Made by a program: the position numbers and the translations under genes
The notes under the pieces: generated by a model
Told to the model about the DNA's origin: nothing
Database searches by the model: none
What the model saw: the letters and a program-made list of their open reading frames with translations, nothing else
Origin: Candidatus Woesearchaeota archaeon
Lineage (GTDB): Archaea; Nanobdellota; Nanobdellia; Pacearchaeales; GW2011-AR1
Assembly (NCBI GenBank): GCA_964481185.1
Contig: CAYZSY010000003.1
Span: 1 to 40,927, forward strand
Direction of reading: 5' to 3'
Length of the DNA stretch: 40,927 nt
Shown: positions 17,775 through 27,178 of the stretch, piece by piece
How the letters are laid out: every line of letters begins with the position of its first letter
Position numbering within the stretch: the stretch's first letter is position 1

Positions 17775-18657
17775 CTGACTCGATAAAATAAGCAAAATAG
17801 CGTATTGAATAGTAAATTGGAAGGAAGAAGATAAAAGGAATATAAAAGTCGCTTGTAAGGTGGCGTAGCGTTTTGTACATAGAATACAAGGGAAATAAAG
17901 GCAACACCAAAACTATATTCCATGGTTTTCTCATTGATCTGCCAACCCACTTACTATGGTCCCAAGTGTCTTCAAATGATGCCGGATTAGTATGGCCTAC
18001 TAAAAGGTCAGCACCCATAAACTCCGTTCCTTCTGTTAAATATATTGTTTGATCATCAGCATACCCAAGTTCAGAGTTGAATGGTCTCTTAAGTACATAT
18101 TCTTTATCAATAAGAGAGAATACTTTGCTTAACCCATTTTCATTCAGACTATCTCGTTTATAGAAAAATGCACGAGCCCACCAATTCTTAAGATTATTGC
18201 ATTTCTCTTCTTTGTGAATAATCCCTATACTTTTACCAGTGCGTAATACTTCAATTCCTTTTTTTATATAATCTTTACTATACACAAGATCAGCACCACA
18301 AATCATAACAATTTGCCCTTTTGCCTTTCGAACTCCAAAGTTCCAAGCATTTCCCGGTCCCTTTTGTACTCTTGGAATAGAAAAAGCACGAACCTGTGCA
18401 TATTGTTTTGCAAACTCTTGTGCAATCTCTAGTGTTCTGTCTTTGGAATTTCCGTTTTCCACAACGAGAATCTCAAGTTTTTTATATTGTTGTGCCAAAA
18501 GTGAATTTATACATATTGCAATGTGAGATTCTTCGTTATGAGCGGCAATTACTGCTGAAACGAGCGGACTACCCTTAAACCTTTTTCCCTTTAGTAACGA
18601 CATAGAGTCTTTATTAGAGATATTTTTAAATATCTTTCTATGCAATCTTAGATACAT
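17755..18657 (-). CDS. GT2 glycosyltransferase
   Basis: LVSAVIAAHNEESHI, VVENGNSKDRT, ICGADLVY (DxD-like). The true start is probably Met19 at 18603 (MSLLKGK...), because a TATA-like box lies about 27 nt upstream of it. Its 3' end overlaps the convergent aminotransferase gene by 20 nt. Confidence 0.75.
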   Translation of the reverse strand: MYLRLHRKIFKNISNKDSMSLLKGKRFKGSPLVSAVIAAHNEESHIAICINSLLAQQYKKLEILVVENGNSKDRTLEIAQEFAKQYAQVRAFSIPRVQKGPGNAWNFGVRKAKGQIVMICGADLVYSKDYIKKGIEVLRTGKSIGIIHKEEKCNNLKNWWARAFFYKRDSLNENGLSKVFSLIDKEYVLKRPFNSELGYADDQTIYLTEGTEFMGADLLVGHTNPASFEDTWDHSKWVGRSMRKPWNIVLVLPLFPLYSMYKTLRHLTSDFYIPFIFFLPIYYSIRYFAYFIESVKILVK

Positions 18658-18662
18658 AAATG

Positions 18663-18670
18663 TTTATATA
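18663..18670 (+). promoter_or_regulatory. TATA box TTTATATA for radical SAM paralog 2
   Basis: Starts 29 nt upstream of ATG 18692. Confidence 0.45.
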
Positions 18671-18691
18671 TGAAACGTCAGGGGTATTTTT

Positions 18692-20128
18692 ATGAAAATT
18701 GCGCTGATTAACATGGAAGAAGATTACGGCTGTTTACCTATAGGGATTGCCTATCTTGCCAGTTACGCCAGAAAGTATGGCGGTTTTTCAGATATTCGTA
18801 TTATTGATCGTGAAAATCGTCTGGAAGCCATTAAAAAATATAAACCCGATTTAATTGGTATAAGTTCAGTTAGTGAGCAATATTTTCGCGCCAATAAACT
18901 CGCAGGAGAAATTAAAAAAATAACAAAAGTGCCCTTAATTATCGGCGGAGTTCATATTTCTGCAGTTCCCGAACAATTGCTAAATTCTAATTTTGATTTT
19001 GGGGTTATAGGTGAAGGGGAAATTACATTTTTAGAATTATTACAACTTTATCAAGGAGAAAGAAAGTTTTCGCCTTTAGCTTTGCGCAATATTAAAGGAG
19101 TTGTATTTCGTAATGATAAGGGGAATCTTGAGGTAACTCCTAGACGAGAATTACTTAGTAATCTTGACAGCGTACCTTTTCCAGCGCTTGATTTACTAAA
19201 AATGAAAGAGCAATATCTTGTGCCCGGTTCTGCTGGAGCTCATCTTATTTGTGTTAGGGGGTATTTAATGACTTCTCGTGGATGCCCTTATAATTGTGTT
19301 TACTGCGGTTCAAATACTACATGGGGTGGCAGGGGCGTGCGCTGGCATTCAGCAGAGCGCGTTGTAGAAGACATTGAACGTTGGGTGCATTATGGTGCAA
19401 ATCATTTTGTGGTATATGACGATCTTATGGTGGTTAATCGGGAGCGACTTAAAAAGATAATTGACATGCTGGAAAAAAAGAGATTATTGGAAAAGATTGA
19501 TTTTGAGCTTTATGGAAGAGCGAACATTACTGATGAGGAATTATGTAAACTTTTAAAACGTATGAGAGTAACTTCTATTGCCTTCGGACTAGAATCTGGA
19601 AGCGATCGTATGCTTCGATATCTTAAAGTTAACAGTGTAAATGTGCAGCAAGGCAAAAATGCGGTGGCTCTCTGTCAAAAATACGGGATTAAAGTTGCTG
19701 GATTATTTATCATAGGAAGTCCTGGTGAAACCGAAGAGGATCTTCAGCAAACACTGTCCTTTGTGCGTAATCCAAATTTAAATACAGTACAAGTATATCA
19801 GGCAACGCCCCTGCCTGGAACCGAACTTTGGCGTCGTGCTATTCGCGATAATATTATTACTAAAGATTTCTATGAACATGATAATCGGGGAAAGGTGCTT
19901 GAGCTTAATCCGGAAGCCATTCTAACAAAAGAGATGCCCAAAAATAAGTTCGTAGAATGGCATTTGCTCTTTAAACGCGAAATGAATCATAAAAATTACG
20001 AATCTGATAAATTGCAGTTTAACAAAGAATCGCTACGCTTTTTCTTATCTCCCAGATTTTATCTCAAATTATGGAAACGAAAAAGATATTTACCAAGATA
20101 TATAAGACAAGTCATGCGCATAAAATAG
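18692..20128 (+). CDS. B12-binding-domain radical SAM enzyme (class B), paralog 2
   Basis: PDLIGISS, IIGGVHISAVP, VIGEGE, TSRGCPYNCVYCGS (CX3CX2C), FGLESGS. Its Arg codons are mostly CGT/CGC, unlike neighbouring genes. Confidence 0.85.
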   Translation: MKIALINMEEDYGCLPIGIAYLASYARKYGGFSDIRIIDRENRLEAIKKYKPDLIGISSVSEQYFRANKLAGEIKKITKVPLIIGGVHISAVPEQLLNSNFDFGVIGEGEITFLELLQLYQGERKFSPLALRNIKGVVFRNDKGNLEVTPRRELLSNLDSVPFPALDLLKMKEQYLVPGSAGAHLICVRGYLMTSRGCPYNCVYCGSNTTWGGRGVRWHSAERVVEDIERWVHYGANHFVVYDDLMVVNRERLKKIIDMLEKKRLLEKIDFELYGRANITDEELCKLLKRMRVTSIAFGLESGSDRMLRYLKVNSVNVQQGKNAVALCQKYGIKVAGLFIIGSPGETEEDLQQTLSFVRNPNLNTVQVYQATPLPGTELWRRAIRDNIITKDFYEHDNRGKVLELNPEAILTKEMPKNKFVEWHLLFKREMNHKNYESDKLQFNKESLRFFLSPRFYLKLWKRKRYLPRYIRQVMRIK

Positions 20129-20183
20129 ATTTGTATCTTTATATCTTCAAATTTAGTAAAATAGAATACATTTCACCATAATA

Positions 20184-20191
20184 TTTATAAA
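20184..20191 (+). promoter_or_regulatory. TATA box TTTATAAA ahead of radical SAM paralog 3
   Basis: Starts 30 nt upstream of ATG 20214. A GGAGGTG lies at 20197-20203, 10 nt before the same ATG. Confidence 0.4.
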
Positions 20192-20213
20192 ACTGCGGAG
20201 GTGCTATTGCACA

Positions 20214-21617
20214 ATGAATCATAAAAGGAAAATTTTTTTATTTGAGACTTCTGTCGAAGACCAAAATAGGGAGCGTGGAGAGATACGAGAAGGAAATAAT
20301 ACGCCTTTTCCCATAGGCATCCTTTATTTAGATACTATTCTTAGAAACTATGGGTATAATGTACTGACAAAAGATTATACTGCTTGGAGTGAGAAACATT
20401 GTCTAAAAGAAATCGAGGTACAAATTAAAAAATTTAAACCTGATATTGTCGGGATAACTGTGATGTCAATGACAAGAGCATCATCATATAAAGCAATGCG
20501 TCTTATAAAAAGATTGAGCCCTCAGATAAAGATAATTCTCGGAGGAATACATGCAAGTGTTATGTATAGTCAGCTATTAAAAAATTTTCCTGTGGAAGCA
20601 ATCTGCATCGGCGAAGCAGATAAGAATATAATTCCTCTAATTAACTCACTTTCAAAAGGAAAGTCCCTAAAGGCAATTCGAGGGATAGCATATAAAGATA
20701 AAAATGGGCAGATTGTAAGAACGGCGCTACAAGATCTTGGCAGAGACATTGATGATTTGCCATATCCTAATTACAATGCATATATGAATCCAAACATAAA
20801 GAGGGTTTATATGATAAGTTCGCGAGGGTGCCCTAATCGATGTTCATTTTGTTGCCTGCATCTTACTAGTAGGCAAATATGGAGGCAAAGAAGTTATGTA
20901 AAAGTGGTAGAAGAAATTGAATATATTACTAAGAAATATCCCTGGGTTGAGGAGATTCAATTTATGGACGATACGATGACATTAGATAATGCGCGCATTA
21001 TTAATTTATGTAAGGAGATAGTAAAAAGAGGAATTCATCTGCGATTTTATTGTGCTGGAAGAGTTAAACCTGTTTCGAGAGAGATGTTTTATTGGATGGA
21101 AAGAGCGGGATTTAAAGAGATTCAGTTTGGTATTGAAACAGGCAGCGATAAGATAATGAAATCAATTAATAAGGGAATTACGAAGCAAGATTGTATTATT
21201 GCATTTAAATTGCTCCGGGAGTTTCCAAAAATTAAGGCAGTTAAGTTTATTATTGTGGGTTTACCTGGGGAAACTGAAGGAACAGTAGAAGAGACTATTA
21301 ATTTTATTAAACAACTCCAAAAATTAAAAAGAATGGACTTTTTTTATGCAGCGCCTCTTTGGATATATCCAGGTACAGACGTATATCAAATAGCAATGGC
21401 GAAAGGGCTTATTAATGATTCATACTGGCTTAGCGATAAGCCTTGTCCCCTTTATACGCTTGAGCATTCCGAACAATGGCTTATGAAGATGTCTAACAAA
21501 ATTGCAATTAAAACGATGCTGGCGCAGGGAAAAATTTACTTTTTAAAACGACTCATTGAGAAAATAAAACAAAACCCCCAATACTACATGGAACGATTTT
21601 TGCGCTTAAGAAAGTAA
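20214..21617 (+). CDS. B12-binding-domain radical SAM enzyme (class B), paralog 3
   Basis: PDIVGITV, ILGGIHASVMY, CIGEAD, SSRGCPNRCSFCC (CX3CX2C), FGIETGS. Confidence 0.85.
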   Translation: MNHKRKIFLFETSVEDQNRERGEIREGNNTPFPIGILYLDTILRNYGYNVLTKDYTAWSEKHCLKEIEVQIKKFKPDIVGITVMSMTRASSYKAMRLIKRLSPQIKIILGGIHASVMYSQLLKNFPVEAICIGEADKNIIPLINSLSKGKSLKAIRGIAYKDKNGQIVRTALQDLGRDIDDLPYPNYNAYMNPNIKRVYMISSRGCPNRCSFCCLHLTSRQIWRQRSYVKVVEEIEYITKKYPWVEEIQFMDDTMTLDNARIINLCKEIVKRGIHLRFYCAGRVKPVSREMFYWMERAGFKEIQFGIETGSDKIMKSINKGITKQDCIIAFKLLREFPKIKAVKFIIVGLPGETEGTVEETINFIKQLQKLKRMDFFYAAPLWIYPGTDVYQIAMAKGLINDSYWLSDKPCPLYTLEHSEQWLMKMSNKIAIKTMLAQGKIYFLKRLIEKIKQNPQYYMERFLRLRK

Positions 21618-21642
21618 TTCTTAATAAATTCTCTGCTTTAGG

Positions 21643-22800
21643 TTATTTAAGCGCAGCATCAAATATTTCTTTAAGCCGTTTATTTCGTTTTTCCAAAGAA
21701 AACTTTGTATTTGAAATTTTTAGACTTTCTGCGCCCATTTTTTCTCTAAGATTCTTATTTTCTATTAAGCGTGCAGCTCTATTATATAATCTATTAACCA
21801 CAATAGGATCTATAACTTTAAGATGATTAATAAATTTCTTGGATCGTACACCTAGATAAGGAGTTTCTACCGGAGGATAGGGTATTTTTTCTGAGGGTTT
21901 TACTAAGAAACCATTTTTTCCGTCGATAATAAATTCAGAAACTCCATGCCGATCAAGTGCAATAATGGGCAATCCAAATGACATCGCCTCAAGTGTGGCC
22001 ATGAGAAAATAAAAATGGCCCGGGAAGAAAAAGATATCTGCATCTCGATATAATTGTTGTATCCTCGCCATGGGCAGAGTTTCTTCCAAATACTCAATGT
22101 TGTTAAGAAGGTATCTCTCTTTTATGTTCTGAGGAACCTTTGCTCTCATAACTAATTTAATATTATCATATCTTTTACTCAGTTTTTTGAACGTTTCCAA
22201 GACCTCCAACCCTCCCTTGCTATAAAAATCATCGGGATTATTAATGGAACCCATAAATAGGAAAATAATGCTTTTACTATTCTTTCTTTTTTCTATAATC
22301 TTGCTGGGAGGTATTGCAGGTGGAAGAAGCTCAATCTTTTTCAGAATCTCCTTAGAAAAGAAATTTTCAAATTCGCGTCTTACAATTGAAGTGTGAATAA
22401 TTATCTTCTTACACCATCGAGAAGCAAGTATTTTATTTATTTTTCTCAGGTTTTTTCTAAATAACTTAAGGTCATATCCAGCGAATGAAGTGGGCGTATC
22501 TAAAATTTCTACAATCCAAGGTTTTTCCTCTTGAACAAGTTGGCCATGAGAAAAGATTAAATCGGCGTCTTTTGGAGATTTTTCATAAAAAATATTATTT
22601 ATCAGATTAAAAGAGTTAAACGCTTTTTGATATACTTCTTTATAAAGATAAAGAATTAATTTATTCTTCTTAAGTTTTGATATTATATTTGATTTCTTTT
22701 CATTTTGAACTACAATGAATTTATATCCCTTAGGAGGATTCTCAACCAATTTTTTCACATACGTATGCAAACCAACTCCGAAACAATATACTTTCTTCAT
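21643..22800 (-). CDS. GT4 (GT-B fold) glycosyltransferase
   Basis: FFFPGHFYFLMATLEAMSFGLPIIALDRHGVSEFIIDGKNGFLV (EX7E-type region). There is a 4-nt overlap with the upstream fcl-like gene. Confidence 0.75.
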   Translation of the reverse strand: MKKVYCFGVGLHTYVKKLVENPPKGYKFIVVQNEKKSNIISKLKKNKLILYLYKEVYQKAFNSFNLINNIFYEKSPKDADLIFSHGQLVQEEKPWIVEILDTPTSFAGYDLKLFRKNLRKINKILASRWCKKIIIHTSIVRREFENFFSKEILKKIELLPPAIPPSKIIEKRKNSKSIIFLFMGSINNPDDFYSKGGLEVLETFKKLSKRYDNIKLVMRAKVPQNIKERYLLNNIEYLEETLPMARIQQLYRDADIFFFPGHFYFLMATLEAMSFGLPIIALDRHGVSEFIIDGKNGFLVKPSEKIPYPPVETPYLGVRSKKFINHLKVIDPIVVNRLYNRAARLIENKNLREKMGAESLKISNTKFSLEKRNKRLKEIFDAALK

Positions 22801-23735
22801 TTTTGTTTATTTTCTAGATACCAGTCTATGGTTCTTTTCAACCCACTATCTAGATCAACATTAGTTTTAAGTCCGATTTCTTTTTTTGCCCTTGAACTGT
22901 CAACAGCTCTTCTCAATCTTCCATCTGGCTTAGATGTGTCCCAAGTAATTTCTCCCCTATAATCAACAACTTTAGACACAGTTTCTGCAAGCTTTTTTAT
23001 AGTTATTTCATTGCCAGATCCTATATTCAGTGGATCTTTTGAATTATACTTTTCAATTGCTTCAATTAGTGCATTCGCAGCATCTTCAACATAAATAAAC
23101 TCTCTCTTAGCCTTTCCAGTTCCCCAAAGAGTTACACTCTTGTTCCCATTTGTCTTGGCTTCCTGAAATTTCTTGATCATAGACGGAATTACATGCGAAT
23201 TACCGTCAAAGTGGTCTCTTGGACCATACAAGCTTGTAAATATCAGATAAATAGAATTAAGGCCATATTCTTTTCTATATACTTCTGCCTGTGCAGCCAG
23301 CATCCTGCTGGAAAGCCCGTATGGGGCCTCTATATCATTTGGCTGGCCATTCCATAAATCACACTCTTTGTATGGGATTTCAGCACTTTCCGGGTAGGCT
23401 AAAGTAGTTCCAGCGATGACAACTTTTTCAATATTTTTATCTTTTGCAACATTTAAAAGTTGCATTCCCATCATAAGATTATCAAAAAATACTTCGGCGG
23501 GGTGTTCCTTATAGTATGCCATTCCCCCAGAGACAGTAGCGAGATGAATGACAATCTCGGGTTTAAATTGGTTAAATACCTTTTCAATATCTTCTCTTTT
23601 TCTTAAATCATAATCTTTTCTTCTTGGGACGAATATGTTTTCTTTCTTAACTCCTCTTTTGGAAAGCGTATCAACAATCCAGGATCCAAAAAATCCTGCT
23701 CCCCCGGTAACTAAAATCCTTTTATTTTCAATCAT
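22797..23735 (-). CDS. fcl: GDP-L-fucose synthase family SDR (Fcl/WcaG-like epimerase/reductase)
   Basis: KRILVTGGAGFFGS, LYGPRDHFDGNSHVIPSMIKKFQEA, REFIYVEDAA and WDTSKPDGRLRRAVDSSRAKK all resemble E. coli Fcl as I recall it. It is divergent from gmd. Some catalytic positions look non-canonical (GTTLAYP instead of GSSCIYP, YGLSSR instead of YAIAK), so activity may differ. Confidence 0.65.
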   Translation of the reverse strand: MIENKRILVTGGAGFFGSWIVDTLSKRGVKKENIFVPRRKDYDLRKREDIEKVFNQFKPEIVIHLATVSGGMAYYKEHPAEVFFDNLMMGMQLLNVAKDKNIEKVVIAGTTLAYPESAEIPYKECDLWNGQPNDIEAPYGLSSRMLAAQAEVYRKEYGLNSIYLIFTSLYGPRDHFDGNSHVIPSMIKKFQEAKTNGNKSVTLWGTGKAKREFIYVEDAANALIEAIEKYNSKDPLNIGSGNEITIKKLAETVSKVVDYRGEITWDTSKPDGRLRRAVDSSRAKKEIGLKTNVDLDSGLKRTIDWYLENKQK

Positions 23736-23849
23736 TTTTGCACGCTTTTCTTGAATTTTCTTGGTTGTTCATCAATAAAATACTTCTCTTTGCATATTAT
23801 TAATGTTTCTTCTCTTAATTTTTCCATTGAACAAAAGCTTACAATAATC

Positions 23850-23857
23850 TTTATAAA
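23850..23857 (+). promoter_or_regulatory. TATA box TTTATAAA for gmd
   Basis: Starts 32 nt upstream of ATG 23882, in the 146-nt divergent spacer. Confidence 0.4.
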
Positions 23858-23881
23858 TGCATCTTCTGAGATGATTGTAAG

Positions 23882-24973
23882 ATGGCTCAAAAAGTAGCGC
23901 TAATAACAGGAATAGGCGGTCAAGATGGATCTTATTTGGCAGAATTTCTTTTGGAGAAAGGATACAAAGTAAGAGGCATAATTAGAAGGGCAAGTCTTCC
24001 AAATACAAAAAGAATAGAGCATCTTGTAATGAAATACGGCACTTCAGATGATAAAAACTCTTCATTTTTAGTTAAATACGCAGACCTCACAGATACTTCT
24101 TCAATAAAGGCAATTATTGAGGATTTTCAACCGGATGAAATTTATCATATTGGTGCACAAAGCCACGTCGGTATAAGCTTTAATAATGCAGAATCAACAA
24201 TTAATATAAACACTCTTGGCACACTAAGAATTCTAGAGACTCTCAGACAAATGAAATCAAAATGCAAATTTTATCAGGCCTCTTCTTCAGAAATGTTTGG
24301 AATCTCTCCTCCTCCGCAGAATGAATCTACACCAATGATTCCTCAAAGCCCCTATGGAATATCAAAGCTCGCAGCATACCATTTAACAAGATTGTATAGA
24401 AATGCATACGGGCTTTTTGCTTCTAATGGAATTCTCTTCAATCACGAGTCTCCAAGAAGAGGATATAATTTTGTTACGAGAAAGATAACAAAAGAGCTTG
24501 CAAAGATTGTTGTTGGTGAAAGTGATAAAATTGTCTTGGGCAACCTTGATGCGAAAAGAGACTGGGGTTTCTCAAAAGAATATATTGAAGCAATGTGGGC
24601 AATCCTCCAGCAGCCAACGCCTGATGATTTTGTAATTGCAACAGAAGAAACGCATACAATAGAGGACTTTGTAAAAGAAGCTTTCTCTCTGGTTGGTCTG
24701 AATTATGAGAACCATTTAATAACAAGCAATCAGTTTAAGAGGCCAGCAGAAGTGCCTGCTCTTTTAGGAGATTCCTCAAAAGCAAAAAGAATTTTGGGTT
24801 GGAATCCAAAAGTAAAATTCAAGGAGATTGCATTTATGATGGTTGAATCTGATCTTAAAGAAAAGTTGGAGGAATCTGGATTAATTCCCATAGAGCCAAA
24901 TGTTGTAAGACCAGAAGGATATTATATAGAAAAGGCGAAGGAAATTCTTGCGAAAAGAAAGCAGAACCTTTAA
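23882..24973 (+). CDS. gmd: GDP-mannose 4,6-dehydratase
   Basis: KVALITGIGGQDGSYLAEFLLEKGYKV.GI.RRAS is near-identical in pattern to E. coli Gmd. Also ASSSEMFG, SPYGISKLAAY, NGILFNHESPRRG, FVTRKIT, LGNLDAKRDWGFSKEY, DDFVIAT, RPAEV..LLGDSSKA. Confidence 0.92.
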   Translation: MAQKVALITGIGGQDGSYLAEFLLEKGYKVRGIIRRASLPNTKRIEHLVMKYGTSDDKNSSFLVKYADLTDTSSIKAIIEDFQPDEIYHIGAQSHVGISFNNAESTININTLGTLRILETLRQMKSKCKFYQASSSEMFGISPPPQNESTPMIPQSPYGISKLAAYHLTRLYRNAYGLFASNGILFNHESPRRGYNFVTRKITKELAKIVVGESDKIVLGNLDAKRDWGFSKEYIEAMWAILQQPTPDDFVIATEETHTIEDFVKEAFSLVGLNYENHLITSNQFKRPAEVPALLGDSSKAKRILGWNPKVKFKEIAFMMVESDLKEKLEESGLIPIEPNVVRPEGYYIEKAKEILAKRKQNL

Positions 24974-24975
24974 AT

Positions 24976-25431
24976 TTATTTTGTTTCTTGGATTATTGAA
25001 GGGCTTACTCTGATCGTGTCAGATTCGTAATCTTTCCCTCCGCGTAGTCCACTAGTAAAAGTTATGAATACAGTTTCAGGTTCAAGAATCTTTAGAGCAT
25101 GGATTTCATTAGGGGGCGTCGATATAATCTCCCAATTTTTTTGTAATTCGCATTTTGCCGGCTCATTAGAATTTAATGGTTTATACCAATATTCCATTGA
25201 ACCATTTATCATGAGCATGTGCTGTGTTGATTTTACATGATAATGATTTCCTCTTAGTGCTCCCTTATTTGAGCGAATCATATTTACATGATTTATATTG
25301 GTATTATAGAATATATCAACAATATCTCCCCTGTCATCTGTATGTAGCTCCAATTGCAGACCTTCATTTCTCCAAGCATTTGGCCCTACTTGCTTCCAAT
25401 CTGCATTGCTCCAGATATTTCTTTTTTGCAT
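24976..25431 (-). CDS. WxcM/FdtA/QdtA-type cupin, NDP-4-keto-6-deoxyhexose ketoisomerase/epimerase-like
   Basis: 151 aa. DDRGDIVDIF...NMIRSNKGALRGNHYHVKSTQHMLMINGS matches the D.RG...RG.HAH pattern of FdtA-like cupins. It is the last gene of a minus-strand operon. Confidence 0.6.
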   Translation of the reverse strand: MQKRNIWSNADWKQVGPNAWRNEGLQLELHTDDRGDIVDIFYNTNINHVNMIRSNKGALRGNHYHVKSTQHMLMINGSMEYWYKPLNSNEPAKCELQKNWEIISTPPNEIHALKILEPETVFITFTSGLRGGKDYESDTIRVSPSIIQETK

Positions 25432-25460
25432 ATAGATTTGTTAAACCGCAGGTTTATAAA

Positions 25461-26681
25461 TTATTCTGGAACAATAAATTTTATATTTGGATTTATTTTT
25501 GCCAAACCATCTTTTATCTGATTAGCTATGTTCCAAGAAAGTATCAAGGCACAGACCTCCCCGTTATATTTTGCAAAGATCTCATCTCCAACTATTGGGA
25601 TTCTACTCAACGGAGTATATTTTCCTTGTTTATGGGGAGAAGAGTCTGTAACATAATCTAAAATAGTATTTGTCAGATTGTAAAAGTTAAGGAAAGTATT
25701 TCCCTTTGCAGCAGCTCCAACCGCAACTATCGGAATATTCCTTCTCCTAATTTCATAGACTTTTTGGAGAAAGTTATTTCTTTGTTTTATTATATCTTCC
25801 ATAAATCTTTTGTAGCCATTTAAATCAAATAGCCCTTCTGAGAATTCTTTGTTGATGGTTTCCTCAAGCTGGCTGCATTCCGCACTCTCTACTCTATCTT
25901 CATGTTTTGCATAAACTCTCAATGAGCCGCCATGATAATCAACAACATCCAAATCTCTTATTCCCATCCCAGCTATCTCCAATATCTTTTTTGATGATCT
26001 TGCTGTGAAATAACTGACATGCTCATGATATATCTGATCAAATTTGCCTGTTTTGAATCCGATATACCAATATGGGAGCTCGTAAACAAAAGTTCCATCA
26101 TCAGAAAGCAGTTTTTTTACAGCTTTTGCAAAATCAAGGGGGCTGTTTGAGTGATTGAAAACGTTATTTGCGATAATAATGTCTGCTTTTCCATGTTTTT
26201 TCAATATTTCATCAGCAATTTTGGAATCAAAGAGACCAACTACAGTATCAACATTCCTATTTTTTGCAAGTCTCGCCATATAGTCAGAAGGATCAACGCC
26301 TAGAACCCTGTTTCCATTGCTTGCAAACTGTTCTGTTAAGAACCCGTCATTTGAACCTACTTCAACAATGAATGAATCTTTCTTTAAGCCTATCTTATCA
26401 GATACTTCTCTGGCGAAGTTTATCCAATGTGTTCTTGAAAAGTTAGAATTGGAGGAAGTATAAGAATAATCTACCTGACAATATCTGTCCATTGGATTTG
26501 TTTCGCATCTAAGCTGTATTTGGCCGCATTCTTGACAAAGGTCGCATATCAAAGGATATGCTTTATCTGCCTCAGAAATGCGGTCTTTAGGTACGAATGT
26601 GTCTGCAAACGGGTGCATTCCCAAATTTATTATCTCATTAAGGTTTATTGAACCGCAGATCAAGCACTTTGTTCTAAACAT
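25461..26681 (-). CDS. NDP-hexose C-methyltransferase (TylC3/EvaC-type class I SAM methyltransferase with N-terminal Zn-ribbon and C-methyltransferase C-terminal domain)
   Basis: CLICGS...YPLICDLCQECGQIQL (two Cys pairs), VEVGSNDG (SAM motif I), YHEHVSYF and HGGSLRVYA. I recognise this architecture from sugar C3/C5 C-methyltransferases. Confidence 0.8.
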   Translation of the reverse strand: MFRTKCLICGSINLNEIINLGMHPFADTFVPKDRISEADKAYPLICDLCQECGQIQLRCETNPMDRYCQVDYSYTSSNSNFSRTHWINFAREVSDKIGLKKDSFIVEVGSNDGFLTEQFASNGNRVLGVDPSDYMARLAKNRNVDTVVGLFDSKIADEILKKHGKADIIIANNVFNHSNSPLDFAKAVKKLLSDDGTFVYELPYWYIGFKTGKFDQIYHEHVSYFTARSSKKILEIAGMGIRDLDVVDYHGGSLRVYAKHEDRVESAECSQLEETINKEFSEGLFDLNGYKRFMEDIIKQRNNFLQKVYEIRRRNIPIVAVGAAAKGNTFLNFYNLTNTILDYVTDSSPHKQGKYTPLSRIPIVGDEIFAKYNGEVCALILSWNIANQIKDGLAKINPNIKFIVPE

Positions 26682-26696
26682 AGAAATTGCTTTTCT

Positions 26697-27107
26697 TCAA
26701 GCTATATAAGTTTTGTCCTTCTCTCCCCCCAAATATGGACCATTCTTAATCTCGTATAATTTTGTTCCACTAACAAGAGATTTGAATAAATGCCCGCCAG
26801 CATAGCAAACACAACAATCTCCCATTTTCAACTCAACTTTCTTAATTTCCAAGTCATTTAAATCATAAAAAGTCGCTTCCAGCTTGCCCTCAACCACTAT
26901 GACTGCTTCTTGAGTTGTATCAGTCTCTCTTATATTTTTAAGATGTTTGTGGGCTGGAACAGAATCTCCTTCCTTGAATTCAATAAAAGAAACCTGAAGT
27001 GCATCTTCCTGAGAGCCGAAATCTTCTCTTCTTTTATCAATATCTTCTTTTCTGCATATTACATCAAGCAGAACATCTTTTTTGATAGAAGAATATATTC
27101 TTTCCAT
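26697..27107 (-). CDS. Small cupin-fold protein (WbuC-like or sugar epimerase/isomerase candidate)
   Basis: 136 aa. VPAHKH...QEAVIVVEGKLEATFYD...GGHLF is a cupin two-motif pattern. It sits inside the sugar-tailoring operon. Confidence 0.4.
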   Translation of the reverse strand: MERIYSSIKKDVLLDVICRKEDIDKRREDFGSQEDALQVSFIEFKEGDSVPAHKHLKNIRETDTTQEAVIVVEGKLEATFYDLNDLEIKKVELKMGDCCVCYAGGHLFKSLVSGTKLYEIKNGPYLGGEKDKTYIA

Positions 27108-27178
27108 GATTTAGAGCAGAAGAGTTTATATAAATACTTTTCCGGCACTCATCCAGTTAGCAAACAATACACGCAACC

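Noticed and set aside
17755-22800. Calling the compositionally atypical GT2-rSAM-rSAM-GT4 block a mobile element or genomic island.
   Set aside because: I saw no integrase, transposase, tRNA target, or terminal inverted or direct repeats at its borders. Only the codon-usage shift supports foreign origin, so I report it as a finding and not as a mobile_element feature.
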